Part shown: positions 38,516-51,013 of the stretch, piece after piece
How positions within the stretch are numbered: position 1 is the stretch's first letter
How the letters are laid out: each line of letters starts with the position of its first letter
From: Octopus bimaculoides
Taxonomy: Eukaryota
Reading direction: 5' to 3'
NCBI RefSeq assembly: GCF_001194135.2
Contig: NC_068985.1
Location: forward strand, 68,906,922-68,957,934
DNA length: 51,013 bases
Notes under the pieces: generated by a model
Seen by the model: only the letters and a program-made list of their open reading frames with translations
What the model was told of the DNA's origin: nothing
Database searches by the model: none
Program-made: the position numbers and the translations under genes

Positions 38516-41500
38516 ATGTATGTATGCCTGTATGTGATCTGTGTTTACGTGTGTGTGTGCGTTTGTGTGTGTGTGTTCGGCGCCCGTGTACGTGTATAAT
38601 GAGAAAGTGAGGGTAGATATACATAGATGATTTAAACTATATAGCTGAAAGCAAGACAATACGATAGCTAAGTGTCTATCCATCAAAAAGCTTTAAGTTA
38701 ACAACTGAATGTCAATCCAGGGTACTGGAATAAAAGTGTGTTAATATTACATTACTATATATGTCTAAAGTCTATTAAGCAAACTTATGCCCAGTACACC
38801 CCTTATCCTCCTAAGATCTGTTATCGCTGGCGAATATAAAGTAAACATGTAATTTCTATATATAATAATAGCGAAGAAAAATGTATGCCGCGTATGTTTG
38901 CTTGTGCACACAAGATGCAAACTCTCATTATCATCCATCATCAATTCTTGGGAGGTATCCATCAGGAAAGATTACAAATGATAGTAAAATCAAGAAAAAG
39001 AACCGAAGTATCATTAACAGCAATACGATTGGAACATGTCTTCTATATTACATGATATTTTCCTTTCGGATCTATTCGAAAGGGAAAATAAAATACTGGA
39101 TAATGAATGCTCGAATTATGCAGTATACCGCGGTATTTTCATTGAAAAAAGTTTGTCTGTAAGACAACAATTTGAGGAAACAATTTACCGAAAGTAATCA
39201 CAGGAATTTCAGAATAAACGTACAAAGAAAGAGTAAATATAAGAAAATAGAATACTGCATCTTACACGTATATAGACGATGAAGGGGTAGCAAATCAAAT
39301 TATCTAACAGAAATGGATTTTATCGTATTGGAAAGTATTGAGTCATATTGAAGTACATCCAGTAAAAGGTGAACATAGCATATATTCTCGGAAAATAGCG
39401 GGGGTAAAAATGAAGTTAGGGTACAGGATGTGGAAATGTAAGTATAATGAGCGTATAAACACACACACACGTACGCATGCATACACAAAGACATTCACCG
39501 GAACGCACAAATACTCATACAGACGCAGATGTTTCTGTGCTCCGAAACCTCTTATCGGCCTTCCTTAACAGGTGTCCTTAATAGGGACATTCTAACACTC
39601 TGAACACAACATTCATAACATAAATTAACTACTACTACTACTACTACTGCTGCTAACAACAACAACAACAACAACAACAGCAATAATAATAATAATAATA
39701 GTAATAATAATAATAATTTTATTTATTTGCCACACGGATGAAGGATGAGGAAGACTGTATAAAATATTATTTAATAGTGCTATCTAAACATAAAAATGAC
39801 GCATGTCTATGTGAAAATGCTTGGGTAGGTATAATGCCTGTAAATGTATGGGCGTACGTATAGATTGTTGCACATCCAGTAAAGTACACATTATTTCCAG
39901 TTGTCTAATACATATTTATGAAGCGATTGACGTACTTTTATCAGGATTGGTTGCATATTTTCATATCTCTACATATTGCTAATATCTTGGATAAGTGGGA
40001 AATATACTTTCTGCTATTATCCCGGTGATCACAATTTTGCGATCAATTTTCGTGATATTTGTATCATTGAAGTAGATGCGAATATCGAAGCCAATCTCCT
40101 CCAGCCAAGCAAGCACATTCTAGCGTTCAAGCCAATTCGCACCTTGGAGTCTGTTTCAAAAACATTAGCATAAAATATTTAAATAATTATGTGATGTATT
40201 ACTTGAACGATTGCTTCCAGCCACATTAATTACTATACGAATAGGTCATGCCCCAGAAAATCATATACTGGTGGTCAAAAGACAAAATCCGAAAACGTAT
40301 GTATAAACGAGCGATGAAATGCAGGTGTGTACAAAAGTTTTAATCAAATTATACAATTATTGAGTAACTACCAGAAATTGAATTCGTTATTCAGTACCGA
40401 AAGTGAATAGCATGTAAAAGACAATCACAATCATAAAAAAAATTGATAGTTACAATTTGTTAACTCACTCATGATACAGCAATTGAAATTAGTGGTTACA
40501 CCAAGTACGGAAATTATTTAAAGATTATTATATACCATGTTTATAATAATAACCTGTTATATAAAACAAATCTTATTTCACATGTTAAAATGTAACAAGC
40601 ATAATGAAGATTACAGAGGAAATATAGAATTCCGGGATAGAATGGCAGTGAATCGTCAACAAGTAATATATCGCAGCAATAAAACAATCTCGTTAGCGAT
40701 TAGGAATTATGAGAAGCAAATTCATTTGCAAAATACAGAATTTTAGAGCCTATTTACAATGTGTTGACATTACTACAGTTTAGATAGGCCTGACTAAAGA
40801 AAGTTTTAAAAATTTTTATTTTAAATCTAATGTTCCAATTGATTGTTATAATGGAGATTGGCCAACGTGATAAGATAATCCATATATATATATACCCCCC
40901 CACATATATATANNNNNNNNNNNNNNNNNNNNNNNNNNNNNNNNNNNNNNNNNNNNNNNNNNNNNNNNNNNNNNNNNNNNNNNNNNNNNNNNNNNNNNNN
41001 NNNNNNNNNNNNNNNNNNNNNNNNNNNNNNNNNNNNNNNNNNNNNNNNNNNNNNNNNNNNNNNNNNNNNNNNNNNNNNNNNNNNNNNNNNNNNNNNNNNN
41101 NNNNNNNNNNNNNNNNNNNNNNNNNNNNNNNNNNNNNNNNNNNNNNNNNNNNNNNNNNNNNNNNNNNNNNNNNNNNNNNNNNNNNNNNNNNNNNNNNNNN
41201 NNNNNNNNNNNNNNNNNNNNNNNNNNNNNNNNNNNNNNNNNNNNNNNNNNNNNNNNNNNNNNNNNNNNNNNNNNNNNNNNNNNNNNNNNNNNNNNNNNNN
41301 NNNNNNATATATACATATATATATATATATTTATATATATATATGTATGTGTGTGTGAGTGTGTATTTATGTAAGTACGTATTTATATTCGTATGTATGT
41401 ATGTGTATGTATGCATGAGTGAATATGTATCTTATTATACATGTAAGTATGTATATACGCATATTATATAAATAACAATGCAGCGACACGATAAGAATTA

Positions 41501-42135
41501 AAGACAAGAACACGGAGATGAATTTATTGTATGATGAAGAATGGTGAATCTTGAAAATAGCAGCTGAAAATATAAAGAAAAAAAATCACCAACCGACAAG
41601 AAAACTCAGACTAAAATGCTTTATCATTTGAAATTATCTCATTTTGATTCCTCCATGTATCTGTGAATCTATGTACATATGTATCCTGTACTGCACGTCT
41701 GCGAACCTGATAGGATATTTACAATCTTAGTACGCGTACATTTCAATTTATTAAATTCTTTCTGTTATACTGTTAGATTCCAAATTGACATTGTTCACAG
41801 CATGTGTATGTGCGTGGTATGTGTGTGCGTGCGTGCGTGTACTATGTGTATATATATATATATATNNNNNNNNNNNNNNNNNNNNNNNNNNNNNNNNNNN
41901 NNNNNNNNNNNNNNNNNNNNNNNNNNNNNNNNNNNNNNNNNNNNNNNNNNNNNNNNNNNNNNNNNNNNNNNNNNNNNNNNNNNNNNNNNNNNNNNNNNNN
42001 NNNNNNNNNNNNNNNNNNNNNNNNNNNNNNNNNNNNNNNNNNNNNNNNNNNNNTAGCACTGTGCCGTATAGGACGCCACACTTGGTTCGCACTTATGTTA
42101 CGATTCCTTATTGGTACTATTTATATCGCGCTCAG

Positions 42136-42146
42136 ATATATATATA

Positions 42147-42236
<90 letters not shown>
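42136..42236. repeat. (TA)n-(TAT)n-(TAG)n compound microsatellite
   Basis: Direct reading. Confidence 0.95.
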
Positions 42237-42237
<1 letters not shown>

Positions 42238-43792
42238 TGTAGTATTGTTGGAGTGTCGTTGATATTGGTGATTGTAGTGGACACAATCTAATGACGTCTA
42301 CATAAAATAAAAACATTATATCGTTAGATTGGAAGCAGAAGAGCAGTTTTCATTTACTGATTGTTTAAATGTTATTCCATCATCGTCATCATTGTTATCT
42401 TCTCGAGCAGCCTCTCCTTTATAACATTCATGTATGAGAATTGGATAATGGCGATTGAAAGTCAGCTTGAAGAAACTCAACAGTGAATTGTTTTATCTGA
42501 GATAATTGTAATTGCCTAACTGTAAGATCGAGAGGAGCGCTGATTGGGTTAAGGAAATAAATATGCGAGAAAGACAAGAACTTGTCTAATCTGTGCTATC
42601 CTGATTGAGAGAGGCATGCGGGAGAACTATCAGACGTAGCGAAAAAGCTGGGGACTCTGACAGGATAAAGTGTCGTAAGATAATTCCTTGGTGGTTATTT
42701 ACGCGTAAGTGTTTATAATATTCTCTTTAGAAAAGTCGCGTTTTCACTGGACCTGCTAGAATAAAAAAAAGATAAATAAATAAAATAAACGCAGCTATAT
42801 TATATGCACTTTCTTCAACTAAAACCTGCCCTTTTGAGGAGATGATTTTCTGTTTTTGTTTGTGTGTGTGTTTGGTGATGACGCCTTCTATCATATTGGT
42901 ATTACTCATAAGTACAAGTGTGAAGTGGATTAAGGGGGGATTAATCTTCAGTGTTCAGTAGTATAATTAGGTGTTACGGTTATCGCCTTTTCTATATTTG
43001 TTTTCGTTTCACTCTTAACTTTGATATTAGCATTGGTGGATGATATAGCTTTAAACCTTGAATGGCCTTTCTTTGAGATAATTTTGTCTTCGCCCCGACA
43101 AATGTATTTTGCGTCGGATTCGTCTTATTTTCGATGCATGCTCTGACTCGGCAACCAAACGTAGATATGTAAGCGTGTAAGATGAGTTTTCACCTGAAGA
43201 TGAAATAGAGATTGTGGTGGTGGATATAGAATTCTTTTACGCTCTGGCTTGCGTTGCTGGTCTCTATCTATGTCATTGTGCTGTTTTGGGAGCTACTCTC
43301 CGCCATTGAGGCTAAGGTTTGTGTAGCTCGATTCTGTCATTACATCTGTTGACGATGCTGGTGCCGTTTTATTAGTTGGAGTGGCTGTTTCATTGCTTCT
43401 ACCTTAACTCCTCCAGGCAAAGCCTTTTTCAATTAGTCCTCGGGGTCGATGGGGCAGACTGACAAGATTTTTTTTTAGTTATAACTGTTGTACATATTAT
43501 GAGACTTCTTTACATAGTGTTCCCAAATGTATTGTTCTAGTACTATCGGTACCCGTGAATATTTCACGGAATTAACGGTAAACCGATTGGGTTATTTCTC
43601 AAAACTTAATCCCCAAAACTTGAAAGCGTAACCTGTGTTTTGTCTGAATGAGAATATAGTCGCTAATCTCTTACTTATTAAAAAGTGGAGGAAATCGGAA
43701 TCCAATGATTACTTATTTATTCTTTTATTCTGTTAATTGTGTCTGTAGGTTGACTGAGGACATGATGCCGCACCGCCTTAAAAAGCATGAGC

Positions 43793-43864
43793 CTCCCCAG
43801 CAGAAAATCGATCCCCGGTCTCCCGCGCGACAGGCAGGGATTATACACTTTATATACTCATGCA
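43793..43864 (-). pseudogene. tRNA-Asp(GTC) pseudogene
   Basis: The 3' 48 nt TCCCTGCCTGTCGCGCGGGAGACCGGGGATCGATTTTCTGCTGGGGAG match the canonical metazoan tRNA-Asp(GTC) 3' portion, as I recall it, at 40/48. The 5' third is decayed, the B box is mutated, and a T5 run lies 8 nt downstream. Confidence 0.8.
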
Positions 43865-44616
43865 CAATTTTATGGACTTAATACACAACACTCATAAAAT
43901 AAATATTCACTCATATTTTTTTTTTACCATAAACGAAAAAAATACATATCGCCGTACATATGATACAACCTTTAATTAAATTGCATATATCTGGCACGTA
44001 AATAACGGGAACATTTGATGAAATTGCACTTATACGCCAGCGTTAAGTGATAGGTGATATAAAAACTTAGTTCAATTTTTTAATAATGCACTTTTCACTA
44101 TGCACTACCTCCACAACCACCACCACCACCACAATCATCTCTCTACCCCTCTCCTATATGTCCCCTCTCTCTGCTTCCTATCTCTCCCCCCTCGCTCTGC
44201 CTTTCTCTAACCTCACCTCAAGAAAATCAATCCTCTACTAAAACTATATTTCTAACTCTCTTCCTCTATATCACTAACTTCAACTAAATTTTTTAAACAC
44301 GTAATAAATATTACGTTCCCCATACCTAAAGGCATGGAAGCTTTTCTCTCTCCTTTTACTTTTCTCCTTTTTTCTCTCTTTCCCTCCAGCTAATCACGTG
44401 AATGCATTACAATTACGTTCCCTCGACATCACGTCTTCACGCGTTGCTCTCCCTTTTCTCTTTCCCTTTTTTTCTCTCTCCCGTTTTCCTTTGTCCATCT
44501 TTTTTTCTCTCTGTCACTTTTCTTTCTCCTTCTTTTACTCTAATCACGCGAAAGCGTTACCGACGGTCTAAGTAATGGAATGACAAGCAGTATTATAATA
44601 TTATTATTGTTTGTCA

Positions 44617-44800
44617 GGCGGTGAGCTGGCATCGTTAGCACGCCGGGCAAAATGCACAATAGCAGTTCATATTCCACCGAGGTCGACTTTGATTTTATCA
44701 TTTCAAGTTCGATAAAATATATACAAGTTGAGTAGTGGCGTCGATATAATCGACTTGTCCCATCCCCAATCTTGGTGGCATTATGCCAAAATTTGAAATT
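44617..44800 (+). mobile_element. tRNA-derived SINE (octopus-type), diverged
   Basis: ggcggtgagctggcatcgttagcacgccgggcaaaatgc...ccaccgaggtcgactttg...cgatataatcgacttgtcc; homologous to 36605-36795. Confidence 0.8.
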
Positions 44801-45249
44801 ATCATCGTCGTTGTTTGTAATGGTGTTTTGTAGTTGTTCTTTCTTATAGTTGAAATTTTCATGTTGTAAATTTGCTCTTTAAGAACAATAGTTGCCTACT
44901 CTCAAGGGTCGCTAAATTAGAGATAAAATAATAACTCGCTAACATTCTCTGCAGCGCTAATTCTTAATATTTCAATCTTCTGCTCCTTTCCGTCAAATAT
45001 TATAAATGTGTAAGAATGCGCCCTCATCTTAAATGGAGAACATGTGTTACAAAAGTTTGATACAAAAATAAATAGATCTCGACTCTTTAAATGACACGTA
45101 GATGATGAAGAGCAATTACACGTTGTATAACTGGGGATGTTGTTCTTCAAAATGATCATCAATTGTTAAGCAATCAAAACCTCAAATTAAATAATATTTA
45201 TGGACAAACATAATACTGACTTGAAACATGCATGATTTCCAAAATGTAG

Positions 45250-45315
<66 letters not shown>

Positions 45316-45324
45316 TTAATAATG

Positions 45325-45412
<88 letters not shown>

Positions 45413-45414
45413 TA

Positions 45415-45590
45415 GAATCATTTGAACAGAGTAAAAATCTTGAGCAGTAACATGGAACTAATAGGAGCTGCAATAAGATGGAGCACTTGTAGAAAACAAC
45501 ACTGCTTGGAACTGCTTGAATACTCTGGATGGTGCTCGAAAAATAAGGAGTGTTACAGCTTACACCGTAGTATATTTCCAAAAATAGTAA
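45415..45590 (+). mobile_element. R4/Dong-type LINE 3'-terminal fragment E between two (AAT)n tracts
   Basis: gagcacttgtagaaaacaacactgcttggaactgcttgaatactctggatgg closely resembles fragment B at 27132-27182. Flanked by (AAT)n at 45250-45409 and 45588-45651. Confidence 0.8.
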
Positions 45591-45598
45591 TAATAATG

Positions 45599-45653
<55 letters not shown>

Positions 45654-46415
45654 CCCAGATGCAGTAAATGCCCAGATGCAGTACCAGGCAGTGGCTCTCA
45701 TGGCTTCTGATCTTAACTGATTGGAAGTGTTATCATGTACGTTGTTTTGTCTTGGTATAAACGATGGGCTACAGTAACTATTCTGCTTAATACCACAGAT
45801 TTGCTTGTCGGTTGTTTGACCTTNNNNNNNNNNNNNNNNNNNNNNNNNNNNNNNNNNNNNNNNNNNNNNNNNNNNNNNNNNNNNNNNNNNNNNNNNNNNN
45901 NNNNNNNNNNNNNNNNNNNNNNNNNNNNNNNNNNNNNNNNNNNNNNNNNNNNNNNNNNNNNNNNNNNNNNNNNNNNNNNNNNNNNNNNNNNNNNNNNNNN
46001 NNNNNNNNNNNNNNNNNNNNNNNNNNNNNNNNNNNNNNNNNNNNNNNNNNNNNNNNNNNNNNNNNNNNNNNNNNNNNNNNNNNNNNNNNNNNNNNNNNNN
46101 NNNNNNNNNNNNNNNNNNNNNNNNNNNNNNNNNNNNNNNNNNNNNNNNNNNNNNNNNNNNNNNNNNNNNNNNNNNNNNNNNNNNNNNNNNNNNNNNNNNN
46201 NNNNNNNNNNNNNNNNNNNNNNNNNNNNNNNNNNNNNNNNNNNNNNNNNNNNNNNNNNNNNNNNNNNNNNNNNNNNNNNNNNNNNNNNNNNNNNNNNNNN
46301 NNNNNNNNNNNNNNNNNNNNNNNNNNNNNNNNNNNNNNNNNNNNNNNNNNNNNNNNNNNNNNNNNNNNNNNNNNNNNNNNNNNNNNNNNNNNNNNNNNNN
46401 NNNNNNNNNNNNNNN

Positions 46416-46456
<41 letters not shown>

Positions 46457-47607
46457 ACACTCTCTCACACACACACACTCACACACACACATGTATATAT
46501 TGAATGTAATTCAGTATATATATGTATCTATATACACGTCGTCTGTGAATGGCGTATGATTTGGTTTTCTATTCGGTGAGAGAATTTCTAGAGGTTTCGC
46601 TTGTAAGATTTGCATATTTTAGTGAGGAGCAATATCCCATCTTGGGTTGCATATTGAACCACGCCGTGTCTGTCATTCGGGTAATGAGATGTTGCTTTAG
46701 TTGCGGTTGTACATATCGTTCGTATTTTAAAACGTGATCCATATTTCTGGTAGTACGCTTTTCTTGTTTCTCTGCTGCAGTTTTCTTTTATATTTTTCTT
46801 CTCCTCCTTTGCTCAGTGCAAACAGTAAATACACACTTATATATGCATGAGTACGCATGCAGAAATATGCTATGTATATCTCTGTGTGCGTGTATGGGCA
46901 GCAGCATTTGTGTGTGCGTGTTTGCTTGTTTATGTGCAGATGTATATGCATGCGTATGGGTGTATGCGCAAGTGTGTGTAAGAGAGAGAGAGAGAGGAAT
47001 GGAGGGAGAGGGTGAATATAGATTATGGGCATCTCTTTGTTTAGTATATATAAACACCGCGTCTCTGTATAGTGTACAATGCATACCGAATTCCAAAAAC
47101 ATGTTGTAAGGAGATTTGATTGACTGATCCACGTTGTTTGGTTCACGGAGATATTGAATGTAAAAGAAAGACACTCATAATTGTGTACACATACTGTGTA
47201 GTTTAAAATACAGCGCAGAATAAAATATATCTTCTTTAGTGCAATTTAGCATTGAGTAAACTCGTGTGCTCCTGTATGTGATAAAGTATACTAAGTGATA
47301 TAAATTCGTTATATATGGAAATCTCTCCTCTCCCTTTCTTTAAACACTTATCAATAGTTTATAAAATATGCCGCTCCGAGGAAATTTTACATTCTACATA
47401 AGATCCCAAGACAGGATTGAAAATATACCGGTTGATATAACATTTTTTGTCCGCGAAGATATATTAAAAGAAAAAAGTTTTCTGCATTATTCCATGCGTA
47501 GGGTATTGCTTAAATATATATTAAATACACATTGTATTACAGTATGACAAATTCGACCACACAAATTTAAATATATAATATGTATTAGTGATGGAAGCAG
47601 TATTAAT

Positions 47608-48067
47608 ACCAAAAGCTAATCTTTATATCTAACTAAACATGGATGTCTTGCTAGAAGACCTAATACTGCGTTATTAGCCTTGAAGGAACTTCTGTTATAG
47701 ATACTTGGTGCATAAAAGCACACAAATATATCATAGCAAACGAGAATCTTATGTCGGGGGCGCTGGAATTGCCGTCTCACGTGATTTCAATCTATTGGAT
47801 ATCATCAGTGGGAGGCGTCCAGTCACCGCATGCCAGTCAAATCTCACTGCTACGAGATATAGAATATTAGCATCTTTTCAGACATTGATTTCGTAAAAAA
47901 CTTGCATGCTTACTAAAATTAATTATTAGCAACAGAAGCAACATCTGTACCAAAACGAAATCTATATATTTAGCTTAACTTGGATATCTTCTTAGAAAAC
48001 CGAATACTGCGTTATTAGATTTAAGAGATCCTATCATATAGGCACTTGATACATAAAAACACAAATA
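47608..48067 (+). repeat. Diverged direct repeat of about 120 bp (47608-47728 and 47949-48067)
   Basis: Both copies start accaaaa, share the exact core aatactgcgttattag and end cataaaa..cacaaata. Confidence 0.8.
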
Positions 48068-48398
48068 CCCCCTGCTGATGATTTCCAGTTGAATGAAATC
48101 ACATGCTATGTCCATAATAGCCTTCACGTCTGCGATGACCAATTTGTGTGGTTTTATAGCCCAAGTGCCTATATTCTTTTATTTTTTTATTCTTTGACTG
48201 CAGCCATGCTGGAGCACCGCCTTTAGTCGAGTATATAATATACGCAGGCATAAATATGTGTCTGTCTGTATATACATATGTATGTATTCATGTACAATAC
48301 ACACGCGCGCGCGCGCATACCCAAACACACACACGCGCATACCCAAACACACACACGCGCACACAAATAGACAATACACGCATAAGCACGCGCACCCC

Positions 48399-48820
48399 AC
48401 TGTATGTAAGTAATACTTATCCCCACGTAAATATGGCTGTTTCGTGAGAACAGACGTTACTGCTATCTCTAACCCTAGGAGGACGCCTCCGCCAGCTGGC
48501 TATTCGATAAAATCTGCACCCGATAAAATCAGTAACTGTGTCAATTGTTCTCGATATATTGTAGGCAGGAGGGAACTACTGCTATCTCTAGTGGACCTGT
48601 ATCTACCACTGAGGATGCAAAGAGGTCGAAACCTTATACTCTGGTAGTCTCGTGGCTGGAAGATGGTAGCGATTCACTCCCATGACACCAATATATATCA
48701 GATGCATATTTACTGAATAACCGGCTGGGGGAGGCGTGATCTGGGGCTGAAATAGCAGTAACGTCAGTTCCTATGGACAGCCATGTTTAAGTGGCGATAA
48801 GCATTACCTCTCAGTACAGT
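48399..48820. mobile_element. MITE-like element with imperfect terminal inverted repeats of about 105 bp
   Basis: Left arm 48399-48505 (actgta..gtaatacttatccccacgtaaatatggctgt..gacgttactgctat..acgcctccgccagctggctattc) aligns to the reverse complement of 48715-48820. No coding capacity. Confidence 0.8.
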
Positions 48821-48998
48821 TAGTGCTTCCATCTCTTAGAGAAATTTTCTAACTAGCTAATGTGCTTATANNNNNNNNNNNNNNNNNNNNNNNNNNNNNN
48901 NNNNNNNNNNNNNNNNNNNNNNNNNNNNNNNNNNNNNNNNNNNNNNNNNNNNNNNNNNNNNNNNNNNNNNNNNNNNNNNNNNNNNNNNNNNNNNNNNN

Positions 48999-49184
48999 AA
49001 ACTTAAAGATTATAAGCGATCACCGCGCAATAACTAAAGTAAATAGATTAATAATGGGGCATATAAGCCCTCGACGATAAAAAGTAATTTTCCACGTACT
49101 TTTTTCCGTCGAGGACTTATATGCTCTATTATTAGACTATTTTCTTTAGTCATTGCACGGTGATCTCTTATAAGTTTTAAGCTT
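48999..49184. repeat. Foldback palindrome: 88-bp arms, 10-nt loop
   Basis: Arms 48999-49086 and 49097-49184 match ungapped at 74/88 by hand count; loop attttccacg; the left arm runs into an N gap. Confidence 0.93.
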
Positions 49185-51013
49185 ATAAAATACTGCTATT
49201 ATTATTTACAGAATTGTAAAATTCGACGCTGTGCGCGCGCGTGTGTGCGTGTGTGTACACACGCACACACACAAGCACACACACACATACTGACACACGG
49301 AAATACAGATATATAGATCTATATGTATCTGACTGTTTGTTTCTGTTTTTGAGTGGTTAAAATACAGTCCATCCAATTTATTTCTACTAAACGCTGTTGT
49401 GCATTTGATATTCTAGTTGAGTATTGGTTGTCTACACTGTCTTCCTTTGCTGCCACAGCCAATAGATTTGAATAAGTATTGATGGTGTTTTAAATCAAAG
49501 CTGTGCTGGACTATAAGTGGAAGAAGGCTAATTAGGTGTATGGGTCGGACACTGCCTTATTAGCAGGATTCGAGTGGATAACGAGACAATATGATGAGAA
49601 ATATGACGAAGAGCTGGGCGGTAAAAATCGCAGATGAATGTGTTTAAAAGGTGGAAGTAGCAGTCGTTATAGAAAGAATTATGTTGTGTCATAGCTGGTG
49701 GGGGATAATGTTCTTCTTGTTTTTGATGTAGGTGGTGTTGGTGGTATTGTTGCTTAGGTTAACTGTGGCAGTGATGGTAATGTTGATGATTATGATGTTC
49801 CGAAGTTGGAGTTGATGTCACTGGTGGTGGTGTTGTATGTGCTGCTCTCTGTGATGGTGGTCGTAATGCTGTTTATGATGGTGGTGGTAATACATTTACA
49901 GATGGCAAGTAGCAGCGCTATCTGTAATTATGGTGGTTCCTTTGGTAATAGTTGTCTGTGTTTGTGGTTGTAGATGTTGCAGTGGTAGTCGTATGTGGTG
50001 GTAGAGTGTAGTTGTGGTATACGTAATGGTGGTTGAGGCGGTAGTGCCAATAATAATGGCGGTAGTGTTGATAATATTAGAGCTGTACTTGTAGTGATGG
50101 CGGTCTTGACTGTGGTCGTGGCGGTAGTGTTAATCACAAGTAGACGGGAGTGTTGATAGTCATCCTGGCACGGTAGCGACGATGTCTGCTGAAGGTCTTA
50201 GAAAAAGAGTGGTGTATTCGTTTCTGCGTGTGTGCGTACATGTGTGCGTGTGTGCGTACATGTGTGCGTGTGTGCATGTGCGTGTATGTTTGTTTCAGTC
50301 TTTGCATGTGTTTATATGTGTTTTGGCTTTGACATATTACATTGTCACATCTTAATTAACCAAAGAAACAGTCTGAAGGGGGAAGAAAAACAGGGAAAGT
50401 GAGAAACTCAACATGAACCGGGAAAATGAATTGGGATTCTGGCCTAATGACGTCATCATTAACTATGTCTTTGGCAAACTAGGAGAATATGGCTGGGTAT
50501 GGGATGTACTCATGCAGGGAATCACGTGTAGGTGATGTGATTTTGACTGGGTGAGGCTAACAGTTTTCAGAAAGTGGGTATGGGCTGCAATAGATTTGTT
50601 CCTTCGCCCAGTAAGGCCATTGGAATGTTATAGCAGTCACTGGTGACTGATAGCTGAGATTTTCACATATCCCATTTCAGGGCACGTTGCCTTCCTTCCT
50701 TTTCGGACAAAGCACGTGCTTACGTATGCATGCAAGCTTGAATAATATCTGAAACATGCCAAACTTGAACGCACACAAACAAAGAAACAAACAAGTAATC
50801 AAACACAGAAAACCCAGCGAAACAAGAAAAAGAAAATTAAAAGTCAACAAAAGACAAACAATAGCAAAAGTGAAGGAAATGACATTGCACAAAAGCCCAC
50901 ACAACAATACCACAAAATAATAACGACAAAAACAACAATAATAGGTTTTTCCTAATTTTGGGAAAGAATAAAAAGAAAACAATGGTATTCATAGAGGCAT
51001 CCATGGACATATG

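Noticed and set aside
39980-40150. Minus-strand peptide NWLER*NVLAWLEEIGFDIRIYFND, faintly SAM-domain-like, after an acceptor-like site
   Set aside because: In-frame stop, motif spacing is off by one and there is no donor or partner exon; compatible with chance.
44100-44575. Pyrimidine-rich segment resembling another PLE 3' region, with repeated taatcacg(t/c)gaa
   Set aside because: Low complexity, no coding or ribozyme motif; resemblance too weak to call.
38133-46579. Long ORFs of 100-426 aa containing X runs (also at 7149-7569, 8933-9227 and 23088-23509)
   Set aside because: They are open only because N gaps and simple repeats contain no stops. Only the 23116-23466 frame has real (PLE) homology.
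1-51013. CRISPR arrays, rRNA genes, prokaryotic operons
   Set aside because: No repeat-spacer array, no rRNA motifs and no gene-dense coding; the sequence is eukaryotic repeat-rich DNA.

Overview
AT-rich eukaryotic non-coding DNA, very rich in microsatellites, with 11 assembly gaps that almost all abut simple repeats. The SINE and LINE families look like those of octopus genomes; this is from my recall of the families, not a search. I could not identify any host protein-coding exon. The window is mostly decayed mobile elements: a Chapaev3-like transposon 5' end, two Tc1/mariner fragments, Tx1/L1-clade LINE remnants on both strands, two Penelope-like elements (PLEs), a THAP-domain pseudo-exon with promoter motifs, six same-strand fragments of R4/Dong-type LINEs (restriction-like endonuclease, RLE) mostly associated with (TAA)n tracts, tRNA-derived SINEs, two foldback/MITE-like elements and a tRNA-Asp pseudogene. 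The most interesting item is a PLE 3' end that carries a tRNA-like Pol III promoter followed by a hammerhead ribozyme core. Next are the promoter-plus-THAP cassette beside it, the Dong stack and an 88-bp-arm hairpin. I found no clearly new, intact biological system. All protein assignments come from hand translation and motif recognition, and element boundaries are approximate.
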